A stretch of DNA of 63,192 bases, filler included. It is 8 parts of 8 records of this genome, joined end to end, with 100 filler letters (N's around TTAATTAATTAA, not from the genome) between each part and the next. Parts side by side here need not be neighbours in the genome. Positions count along the whole stretch, not along the records: positions 23,497 to 29,790 come from SRR31156797_11784; positions 29,891 to 39,511 come from SRR31156797_11793; positions 39,612 to 44,977 come from SRR31156797_11802; 5 more parts are not named here. One strand, 5' to 3'. Below, in pieces: positions 28,873 through 39,918 of this stretch (the first letter of the stretch is position 1; each line of letters opens with the position of its first letter). The notes beneath the pieces are model-generated. The model ran no database searches and was not told the origin of the DNA. It was given only the letters and a program-made list of their open reading frames with translations. The position numbers and the translations under genes are program-made.

Positions 28873-29726
28873 AAATCAAGGATATCCTTTCTTTTTTGTC
28901 CTGCCCCGAAGATCGGTCCCCGCTTGAGATCCGTCCCGATTACCTGGGCTGCCCGGAATGCGGAAGCCAATACCCGGTTTTAGGGGATAATTTTTTTGAA
29001 ATTCTTCCTAAAACCATAACCCACCATAAGAATGGGAGTCCGGCATATCTGAAATCTTACAGGGCGGATTTCAAAAAACCATTCACCTGGATGGAGAGTG
29101 CCGCGGCGTGGGGCAGATGTGATCTGGCCCCTGCCTCATGGTCTGCCAAACGGTTACGGCAGGTTGAATTTTCAAAGAAATTGCTTTTCCGGACCCCTGT
29201 TGTCTGTGATGTATCAGCCGGTGCCGGGACCTATACCTTTGAACTGGCAAAGAAATTTCAATGGGTCATTCACTGTGATCTTTCAGTAGGGAATCTGAAC
29301 GATGTCTACCAACAAAGACAGAGGGCGGGGATAGACAACCTTATACTGATCCGGTGTGATTACTTTCAGCTGCCTTTTTTCAATACCCTGCCCCAATTGA
29401 TTTGCACAGACACTCTGATACGGGGGCCCTATCATGAAAAGTCTCTTCTTACTTCCCTGACAGCGGCATTGGCAAAAGACGGGCATGCCCTTGTGGATTT
29501 TCATAACTGGTGGCACAACCCCCTGCGCCGCATGGGGCTGATGAGGGATAATTTCAGTGATAATACAAGCTACACAAGGAAGTCCGCAGAGAAAATCCTT
29601 TGGGAATCGGGGATTACCAACTGGGAGTATTTTCCCTTTATCCAGGAGCCGCTGCCTGGGCCGTACAGAATTCTCAAGACAATTATCCCCCCCACAAGAC
29701 TGATGTATCGATTTAAAAAACAATGA
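28869..29726 (+). CDS. Class I SAM-dependent methyltransferase with an N-terminal Trm112-like Zn-ribbon
   Basis: LSCPEDRSPL...CPECGSQYPV; CDVSAGAG motif I; DLS; DYFQLPF. Confidence 0.8.
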   Translation: MKIKDILSFLSCPEDRSPLEIRPDYLGCPECGSQYPVLGDNFFEILPKTITHHKNGSPAYLKSYRADFKKPFTWMESAAAWGRCDLAPASWSAKRLRQVEFSKKLLFRTPVVCDVSAGAGTYTFELAKKFQWVIHCDLSVGNLNDVYQQRQRAGIDNLILIRCDYFQLPFFNTLPQLICTDTLIRGPYHEKSLLTSLTAALAKDGHALVDFHNWWHNPLRRMGLMRDNFSDNTSYTRKSAEKILWESGITNWEYFPFIQEPLPGPYRILKTIIPPTRLMYRFKKQ

Positions 29727-29790
29727 AAATTCTTCAGGTACACAACCGGTATCAAAACAGGGGTGGAGAAGACGCCGTGGTTGAAACGGA
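29723..29790 (+). CDS. Glycosyltransferase family 4, N-terminus (truncated)
   Basis: MKILQVHNRYQNRGGEDAVVET is a typical GT4 start; ATGA overlap with the previous stop. Confidence 0.8.
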
Positions 29791-29890
29791 NNNNNNNNNN
29801 NNNNNNNNNNNNNNNNNNNNNNNNNNNNNNNNNNTTAATTAATTAANNNNNNNNNNNNNNNNNNNNNNNNNNNNNNNNNNNNNNNNNNNN
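29791..29890. other. Artificial contig spacer
   Basis: N-run + TTAATTAATTAA + N-run. Confidence 0.98.
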
Positions 29891-30544
29891 GATTGGAAAG
29901 ATTTTAACGAAGAGGTGGAAGGGGATGGCACCCCAATTACCTATATGCCCTTTACTGTGGCCTATTCCGCATCTTTAGGGGATGGTGCCGGCCGTACGGA
30001 TTTCAGTGCGGGCTTAAATTTTCTGTTCAGGGAGTGGTTTGTTAATGATACGGATGAATTTGAAGCCAAACGCTACGGTTCCACAGGCAATTATATATAC
30101 CTGACTGCCGGGGTGGAACGCCGCCAGAAACTGCCGAAAGATTTCTCGCTTTTTGCCCGTTTTGACGGCCAGGCCAGCGGCCAGCCATTGATCTCCAATG
30201 AACAATACAACGCCGGCGGAGTAAATTCCGTCAGGGGGTATATGGAATCGGAAATGCCGGGAGATAATGCTGTCCACGGCACCCTGGAAGTGTTCTCTCC
30301 CTCTCTTTTAAAGGCATTTCCCATGGTTCCCTATTGTTTTTATGATTTTGCCTGGCTGGACCGAAAGCAGCCTTTGGAAGGAGAGTATTCGGATGCCTTT
30401 ATCCATGGCACGGGCATCGGCATCCAGGGCGCTTGGAAAAAAATGATTGAATATAAACTGGACCTTGGTGTGGCCCTTAAAGATACGGAAGATACGCAGA
30501 CCGGTGATACCCAGATTTATTTTAAAATTAAATGGCGGTTTTAG
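29891..30544 (+). CDS. TpsB (ShlB/FhaC/HecB) outer-membrane transporter, C-terminal part
   Basis: Open from the contig edge; GQPLISNEQYNAGGVNSVRGY (VRGY motif); C-terminal beta signal IKWRF. Confidence 0.92.
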   Translation, partial: DWKDFNEEVEGDGTPITYMPFTVAYSASLGDGAGRTDFSAGLNFLFREWFVNDTDEFEAKRYGSTGNYIYLTAGVERRQKLPKDFSLFARFDGQASGQPLISNEQYNAGGVNSVRGYMESEMPGDNAVHGTLEVFSPSLLKAFPMVPYCFYDFAWLDRKQPLEGEYSDAFIHGTGIGIQGAWKKMIEYKLDLGVALKDTEDTQTGDTQIYFKIKWRF

Positions 30545-30585
30545 CTTAAACCAAAATGAAAAGATAAAGAGTTGGAATAAAGAAA

Positions 30586-33500
30586 ATGAGAGTGTCAGGC
30601 ATACGATGTATTTTAAATTTGGTGATATTATATTTATGCACCTATTTAGTGTTTTTTCCTACCCTGACCTGGGCCAGAGTTTTTTATTCATCATCTTCGT
30701 CTGCGGTGTCAGCCCCGGCATCAACGTCCCTTCCCACGGGGGGATCATTTTCAAGCGGAACCGGCAGTATTTCAACAGATGAAGACAGTCATTACATGAC
30801 CGTTACCCAAAACTCAACCAAAGGTACGGTGGAATGGAGTACATTTAATATAGGTTCCAGCAGTACCGTTGATTTTCAAAACGGTTCATCCGGGGTCACC
30901 TTAAACAGGATCGGCGATACCAGCCCTTCCAAGATCTGGGGAACCCTGACATCCGAAGGCGCTATCTATCTGATTAACCACAACGGGTTTGTATTCGGCA
31001 CCGGTTCCTCGGTCCAGGCCCGGTCTCTTGTGGTCAGTTCCCTGGATATTACCGATGACAACTTTGACCACGGTGTCTGGGCGTTTTCCAGTGAAGGTTA
31101 CGAAGCCGGTGATGTGGTTAATAACGGAACGATCACCTCGACCAATGCCGGCCGGATCATGATCCTGGGAAGCAGTGTGACCAATAACGGCATTCTTTCC
31201 GCAGACGGCGGGGAGGTTGTGCTGGGTGCGGCATCTTCGTTTGCCATTGAAGAGTCGGTCGCGTCCGAAGTCAATAAGCTTGTAGTAACCGACGATGATG
31301 AGGATTTTGATAATGACGGCGATGAAGACGACACGTTGACAGCCCTTAACGGCGAGGTGGTAAATACATCAAACGGCGTGATCATGGCTGATGTGGGCGA
31401 GGTGGGTATTTACGGCAAGATCATCCGCCAGAACGGACAGATCCAGGCGGTATCCACCCTTGAACGCGGCAGCGTCATAGAGCTTGTAGCCACCGAGTCC
31501 ATTACCACCGGGGCAAACAGTGTGATTGACTCTTCCGTGGACAATGACACTGACCGGAACGGGGTTTATGATGAGGATGATGAAATTACCACAGACGATC
31601 CATTTGCATACCGTGAGTTGACCATCTCAACCCTGGATGATGACACCTATGCCATTGATATTGAACTCAACGGTGACATCGTCATGCCTTCGGGAAACCT
31701 TGATATTGATGCCGGAGAAGGTGGAAACATCTATATCCAGGATGGGGCCGGTATTGATCTTTCCGGGTGCTGGACCACAAAAGATGCCAAAGACCAGGTG
31801 ATAACCGCTACCTTGAATTCAGAGGAACTCAGAGATGAGCAGGCACAGCAGGATGGTGTGCTGCAGGGAGAAACCATCTATTTTCTGCTGCGGGAAGGCA
31901 CTAATATCGGTAATGTGAGCGATTATATCACCTCTCGCAGCCAATCGGCTTATGAACAGGGAAGCGAGGGCGGATATCTGTCCCTTGATACCGGCAACGG
32001 TGTTGTGACCATTGCCGACGGGGCAAGCATTGACATCTCCGGCGGCGGCATCATATATGAAGCAGGTTTCGTGGAAACCACAGTACTGGTGGATTCCAAC
32101 GGAACTGTTTATGACATCAGTGAGGCCCCGGATTATCTGGAATATACGGATGTTATCAATCCTGGTGACGATGATTACTCTTATAAATACAGCCGACGTG
32201 TTCCTGAATACAGTGTGGGAGCAGATGCCGGAACTCTGCGAATTAAAGCCTCTCAGGTTGGGTTTGAAGGCAGTTTGAGTGCCGGGGCCACCGTTGGCCT
32301 GTATCAGGTGAACGAAGATGAACTTACCGATGATCTTGGCTACCGGAAGACAGATGAAACCGCCATCCCTGAATTTGGTACGCTGATTATCGGCATAGCG
32401 AATACCACTGTGGATTGGGACGTCCGGGACCATATCACTACTGAAATTGTTATTAAAGAGGACACCTCAAGCGGCGATCCGGGTGATGAGACCTGGTTGT
32501 CCGAGAGCCTGCTGTCATGCTCCGGACTGGGAACGGTGGAATTGTACGCCAATGAGGGCATCACCATAGAGGAAGGGGTGACCATAAGCCTTTACTATGG
32601 CGATTTTACCGCTGTTTCACGCACCATCTATGTGGCTGGCTCCATTATTGTGCCATCGGGCGACATCTCTTTGACCACCTATGCCAACTACACCTCTGTT
32701 GAGGGGGATGAGGGAAATTATGTGGATGTCGGCCCTGAACGTATCGAACTGGCATCCACTGGTGTGCTCTCTGTTGCCGGTGAAGGTGTTGACAACTCTG
32801 ATAACACGGATCAGGTTCAATATTATGCCTATCTTGACGCCGGTACCATTACACTGACAGACAATAATAAATATGGCCAGGGCATGGTGGCCCGCTCCGG
32901 GTCTGAGATCAATGTGGATGGCGGCTGGTTCATCGATACGGACGGCGAACTTACCGATGCCGGTGATGCCGGGTCCCTTGAGATCTATGGAGACACCATT
33001 ATTCTGGACGGTACAGTATCGGGCCTGTCCATGGACGGGTATGAAGGCGCTTCCATCACACTGTATGCAAACTATGTTGAGATCGTCACCTCCGGGTCAT
33101 CCAACCGGGCAGCTTCCTTTAATTCAGGCCAGGACATTTCGAACAGTGTGGCCGGTTATCTTGTTCTTGATGACGATTACCTCAGTGACACGGGTTTTAC
33201 CAATATCACCATTGCTGCGACATATGACCTGACAGTGGAAAGCGGTGTTTCCTTGGCCCCGTCACAGACAAAACTGCTGTACAACTGGTATGCCGGCTTT
33301 ATTGAGATAGAGCGGGATCTTGATTATATAGGCGATACCTCCATCTCTCTTTCTGCAGGGCAATACTGGGTCAATGACTTGTACGAGGATCATAGTTATG
33401 ACGAAGAATTGCTTGATGCGGCTGTTTTGACCATTAATAAAAACACAGAGCTCGAAGTTGCTCCCGGCGGCAGTATCTCCCTTTATGGCAAAGGGGGAAT

Positions 33501-36500
33501 GGATATTTCAGGCACCTATACAGCCATGGCAGGTTCCATCAGTCTGGAAACCAGCGGCGGGGTTTTGCTGGTGAATTCAGATGCCGCATTTTACGCCGGC
33601 GGATATAATCTGGATACCGAAGAGACAATTAATAATGGAGAAATTGTCTGGGATCTGATGGACGGAGGGGAGATCAGTTTTGATGCTCTCGGAGTTCTCG
33701 TGCTTTCATCCGGTGTTGTGGTTGATGTTTCAGGCTCTCAAGCGGTCTTGCTGTATAAAACCGGCGACAGGGTGGGGACCCTGGACGCCTATTGGGGTGC
33801 CGCGTCTCCCGGCAGCGTTTCCATCACATACGGGGCTGACTCAAATGATGAGTATACCACAACCCTTGATGCCAAATTTATTGCAACAAAATATCTCAGT
33901 ACCCTGTATGGCGGATCGTTTTCCCTTTTCAGCGACATTGGACTGATCATTGATGACGCATTCCTCTCCATGCTGGATGAAGCCGGGTTTGATTATTTAA
34001 GCCTTTCTTCTGAGTTCAGTATTGATTTCAGCACCAGTCTTTCCATTGAGATGACCCGGGGCATCGAGATTGATACCCCGCTGATCACAGCCGAAGAGGG
34101 CAATGAGATTTTTTTGACCTCGGCCTGGGTTCAGATGAGCAATACCTGCGAGTCTGGATATGAATGGGAAGGTCTTGATTCCGGCCTTGAAATAACCACC
34201 GGCGGAACCCTGGTGGTGGATGCCGATTATATTGATATTACCGGTGCTGTCGAAGCCACAGGGTTTGAGTCGGTTACGCTGAACGCCAATGAATATATCC
34301 GGTTAACCGATACCTCCTACAGAGAGATAAAAGATGATGGGGACTTCTGGACCGGTCTTTTCTATGTGGACGGGGATCTGAACCTGGTCTCTTCCTGCAC
34401 CTATGTCACCACAGGATCTGATTTTATCCTGGCCTCGGACAGCGCGATATACACGCAGTCTTCGGGCTCCACCGATATCGATGCCATCTATTCCGCCTAT
34501 GGACAGCTCACTGTGGAGGGAGACAATATCTATCATTACGGCGTACTTGCCGCGCCCAACGGACAGATCTTCCTTGATGCCGAAGATACGGTCTATCTGG
34601 CATCCGGGTCTGAGCTCAGTGTGGCCGGATCGGGTGTGGCGGTCAATTACGGGGAGGTGGATGATGATAACCTGGACTGGACCACGGATTATGAACAAAA
34701 GTATGATAGTACAGCATCAGAAACGGTTATCAGTTCCACAGATGACCTTGAGGAGAAATTGATCACCATAGAGGGCTCCACGGTTATTGCCATGGACGGT
34801 TCCATCATCAACATAGATGGTGGCGGCACGGTGTATGGTTACACGTTTATGGCCGGCCAGGAAGGGTCCTATGACCAGTTGGCCATGGACGGTGTGTACG
34901 TGATTGTGCCTTATAACACCAATCTTCCCGGTGATGCCGTGTACCTTGAGGGCAACGAATTGATTGAAGCGGGGTTATATTCCCTTTTGTCCGAGGAATA
35001 CGCCTTTCTTGACGGTGCCGTTGTCATTGAGTCTGCAGGGTCTGCCAACAGTGATGTGGCTGTTTCGACCTCAGATGAGGGGTATGCTGAAATCATCGGT
35101 TATGAGGCTGATGCACTGACCGGGTATCACTCCTCCGAGGCCACCCTTTACACTGTGCGGGAAGCCGGGGATGTGATGGCCGAAGGGGAATATGAGACAG
35201 TTTTACTGGTTACCGGCGATGCCGGATCTCTGATTATAGACAGTACCACCACCATACTTGACGCCACGGTGTCTGCCACAGCGTTAAGTTCGGACTATGA
35301 CTCGGGAAGTATTGATTTAGCTGCAGCAAATATTATTGTCACGGATACAGCAGAATCGATTATTTCCAGCAGTTTTTCCATTGAGTCCGATCTGGATTCA
35401 CTGCTTTCAGACTATAAAGGCACCCTGTATATCAGCGATGACTTTTTAAGCGGCGGCGGGTTTGGCTCCATTACCCTTTCCAGTGAAGTCAGCAGCGATG
35501 ATGGAGCATATACCATAACATTTGAATCCGGCACGTCAGTCAGCATTGAACGCCTGTCTCTTGAGGCCGAAGACGATATCATTCTTGAGTCCGGGGCATC
35601 AATCGCAAGCACCGGTGATGAGGGCTATATTGATATACTCTCTGAGACCGGTTCCCTTATCTTAGGCAGCAATGCCGCGATTTCATCCTCTTATTACCTC
35701 GGCATTGAGGCCCAGGGTATAGAGGGGGATCAGGATGCCATCTCCACGGGTTCAATTCTGGCGTTAACCTCTGATTCCCTTTACCTGGTGGATAACAGCT
35801 ATGTATCATCTGATAGCGCGCTTGTGTTAGACAGTGATCTGTGGGAATCGTTTGCTTCCCTGGACCAGGTTGTACTCACCGGAAATGAAGTGCTTGGATT
35901 TTACGGTACCATCTCTTTTGGGTCAAACACCACCGATATCACCTTGGACACGCCCACACTTGCAGCGCTTAGTGACGGAACAAGTGTTACCATAGAGGCG
36001 GATCAGGCCACCATCTACAACTCTTCAGATGATACCGGAAGCGATGAATACAACTTTGACGCCCGGTTTACCCTGAATGCCGGCAGCATAGATATCGGCA
36101 ATGGTGAGGTGCAGATCTCAGGGGTTGACACAGTGGCAATGTCTGCCACTGAAAATATTACCTTCATTGGCGATGGGGTCCTGACCACAGGGGATGCGGA
36201 TCTGACGCTCTCGGCCGCTGCAGTGACCGGATCTTACACCTGGATTGATGCGGAACCCGAAGGAGAAAATGATCCTGAATATGAATATGAAGCCGTGGAT
36301 TTTACTGTTGATGCCGGGGACGGAGCCCTTATTACAATCCTTTCCAATGGTAATGGCGCAGAAGACAAAGGTAATATCGGCGGTATGATTACCCTTACTG
36401 CTGACACCATCACAAGTTCGGGCAACATTCTTTTAAGTTCCGGGGTGGTGTACTTGTCTGCCACGGGCAGTGACGACAGCGACGGCATTTATATGGAAAA

Positions 36501-39500
36501 CGGTGCTGTGATTGACGTGTCAGGGTCTGGAGATGAAGAACTCTCTTATAACGGGGGGACGGTTTTTTATGAATCTGAATCTGTCATTGTTCTGGCGTCA
36601 GGCTCGGTCACAAATGTATCTGCCGGCTCCGCCTATGGAGATGCCGGCATCATCTATATTGACAACCCTGGTGGGACTGCCGCCATCAACGGTACGCTGC
36701 TGGGCACGGCATCCGGGGGCAGCGGCGGTTCCTTTATCATGGATACCGGAGCCCTGTCCGATACAAGCCAAGTGGACGGGTTGACCTGCCAGGATCTGTC
36801 AGGCCTTGCCCAGACTTTGTCCGGCGGCAGCTTTATCAATGATATCAGTTTGCGGTTTAGAAACGGAAGCGTCTTGTTGGATTCCACAGTCAGCATTGCC
36901 GCCCAAACGTTTAAACTCTCTTTGGATGACGGTTCGATTTTGATTCAGGGCAGCCTGGATGATGAGGGCAACGGGGATGCCACCATTGATGCGTCATCGG
37001 ACGATGGCGGCGGCACCATTGAGCTGTACGCATCCGAAGACATCACCATTGAAAATGCGTTTCTTTCAGTCCAGGGCACCGGTGTTGACGCCGATGGCGG
37101 ACAGATCATCATCAACCCGGGTATCAACGAAGGTGATCCCGGATCATTAACGGTCACGGATTCAATTATCAATCTTTCGGGCACGGGTGAAGACGGCTCT
37201 ATTTACCTAAGGACCCTGGCTGTTGAAACCGGTTCCGGAGTTGAGGCCATCGCCTATACGGTGCCAGTCACCCTGACCGGCAACACCCTGACCGGTGTTG
37301 CCGGCCTGACTGTGGAAGCGGTCACAGTTGATTCATCAACAGGGTCTTCCATTACCTCCAGTGACACCAGGGATTGGGATGACTGGATGGAAGATGTCAT
37401 GGCATCGGAGGACTACATTAAAGGCGCTTTGTTAACGGGCAATACCGCAGATGTTACCGTGTCTTTGGTGCCGGGTATTGAGGCTCAGCGTGATGGGGGT
37501 TTAAAAATTAAGGATTCCAGCTACTTAGGTGAATTAAGTGACTGGCGTTTTGGGAACGATGATGTGGCGGCTGTGTTAACATTTAAGGCCACCGGAGATA
37601 TCACGATCACAAAGGATATCATTGATGCCCCCACTGATGAGGTTAATATCAGCGCAGATACCGTGAAAACCAGCACAACCATAAACATTGCGGCCGGTGC
37701 CAGTTTGACAAACCCGGATATCCTGGCTCTTGACAGTGAAGAAGCGACCCTGACCATTGATGACGAGGTGATGATCTACACGGAATCAGGAGCCATCACC
37801 TTTGCTTCGGGCGGAGATACAGTCATCGGTTATGCCCCCGGGGTGGATACCAGTCACACTACCGACGATACCAACTATATGAATTCCAATCCTCTGTCGT
37901 ATAATATAGGATCATATTCCGGCACAGTTACAGGCTACACAGGACAGGATTTGACCATTACCGGCGGTGTGATTCAGACAGCCGTATCTGACATTATTCT
38001 CAGTGTGGCCGGGGATTTGATTCTCGCACAAGATGATGATGGAAATCTTGGTACTATCCGGACCGTGGGCGATGTCCCCGGGATTTGTCTTAGTTCTGAA
38101 TATGCAGGTACTTTTTATGTAGCATATTTTCAGCAGATGTTTACCGCGGATTACCATGACGGCGGCGGCATTACGATCACCGCTCAGGGTGATGTTGTCA
38201 GCCGGGCCAAGAATTATGATGAGGCTGAGGGGGATATCCTTCGGGGATTGAACCTGGATGCCTGGGATGCAGCACTCTACATCTATGAAATTTATGACGA
38301 TGGAGAGTTTCCAAGCCGGGTTGACGATGTTTTCGCTTGGGGTGCCTGTTATAACACCAATACTAGTGTTTCGGTCAATGACAGTGGTGGCAGCGTCACC
38401 CAGGGCATTGCCACCATGGGCGGCGGAGATATCTCCATCATAGCAGGGGGAAATGTACTGACCCAGGCAGGCACCTTTGATGAAGGGGATGTAACCATCA
38501 CAGCCGGGGGGGATATCAACGGTGTCTTTGTTAATGATGAAGGCAGTTTAAGCCTGCTTTCCATGGGCAGTGTCGGAAACACCAGCGGAGACCAGGTGAT
38601 TGAGGCCTGTGATACCCAGGTCTCTGTGGTTAGCCAGGGCGATATAGATTTAAGCGGTGTGGTAAATCCCACCCTTAGCAGCGATTACATAGTTGACGGG
38701 TCACTGTTCTACCTGACCTATTCACAGGACGCGTCCGTGGCATTGTCCTCTATTCAGGGATCTGTATATATTGGCGATGAAGGTCTGGATGAGTTCCTGA
38801 ATATGGGAAGTGTTGGTGACGGTGCAATGATCAACCTGATGCCGGCAACTTTAGGCATTACGGCGGCTCAAGATATTGTTGTGTGCAATACTATCTATTT
38901 GGCCCCTTCCGAAAACGGTCAACTCTATCTTTCTACCGGCAATGATTTTACCAGCGGTCTGTCAAGCCTCAGCGGCACTCAGGATCTTTACGGCATTATC
39001 ATTAGTAATGCAGATCCGGACGATGTATATGGTTATCAAAGCAGCACCGTCCAAAGACTCATCACAACAACTGAATATTCGGGTACCCTGCATGAAGAAG
39101 ATACCACCGGCAATGCCATAATCGAGACAGGCAACGACATTATAAACATCGAGATAGCCATTCCAAAAGCAGCAACCATAACGGCCGGCGGAGATATCAT
39201 CAACCTTGACTACACAGGTCAGAACTTGTCGTCAACGGATATAACAACCATTTCGGCCGCCGACAGTATTACATTTGTAGATGACACTGATCTAGGGATT
39301 GATGTGGCAAATCCAACTAAAACGTCAGACAGTTATCTGGGTATTGAAGTCGGCGGTCCCGGACAGACCATTATACAGGCTGGAGACAACATTGATCTGG
39401 CTGACTCCGCCGGTATTGAAATTGTCGGCAATTCAGTAAATACCTACCTTGATTCCGGTGAAAACAACCTGATTCTGGTGGCCGGGATGTCACAGGACAG

Positions 39501-39511
39501 TGTATTTGCCA
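30586..39511 (+). CDS. TpsA filamentous-haemagglutinin-family exoprotein, >2970 aa, very acidic, truncated by the contig end
   Basis: Signal peptide; TPS domain LPTGG...WSTFNIG...LNRI...IYLINHNGFVFG; long beta-helix-like Gly/Ser/Thr/Asp repeats; directly follows tpsB. Confidence 0.92.
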
Positions 39512-39611
39512 NNNNNNNNNNNNNNNNNNNNNNNNNNNNNNNNNNNNNNNNNNNNTTAATTAATTAANNNNNNNNNNNNNNNNNNNNNNNNNNNNNNNNN
39601 NNNNNNNNNNN
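39512..39611. other. Artificial contig spacer
   Basis: N-run + TTAATTAATTAA + N-run; the ORF-track XXXLIN ending is an artefact of it. Confidence 0.98.
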
Positions 39612-39918
39612 AAAACAAAAAGATAAAAAATAAGGGTTTGTCCAGCCAAAGTATGCTGTTGATTTTAATTTTCCAAATATTTCAGTAAAAATCTTTTGTA
39701 AAACTTGTTATATGAGGTTTGCATAGCTTTTGATTAACATAAAGGTAAGGTTTGCGTGGATTGTTAATAACAAAGAAACACTTCTTCCCAATTACAAGTG
39801 AAATAAACATTCATGTCATCTCAATGCAAACAAATTAACATAACAATATATTTGCAAGTTGTCAGATTGTTAAAACATATGTTTGGTTGGAACAAGAAAA
39901 TACGTTTTACAATGGTAG

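Noticed and set aside
30586-39511. CDI toxin system
   Set aside because: No VENN or pre-toxin motif is visible and the C-terminus is missing; the composition is unlike CdiA.
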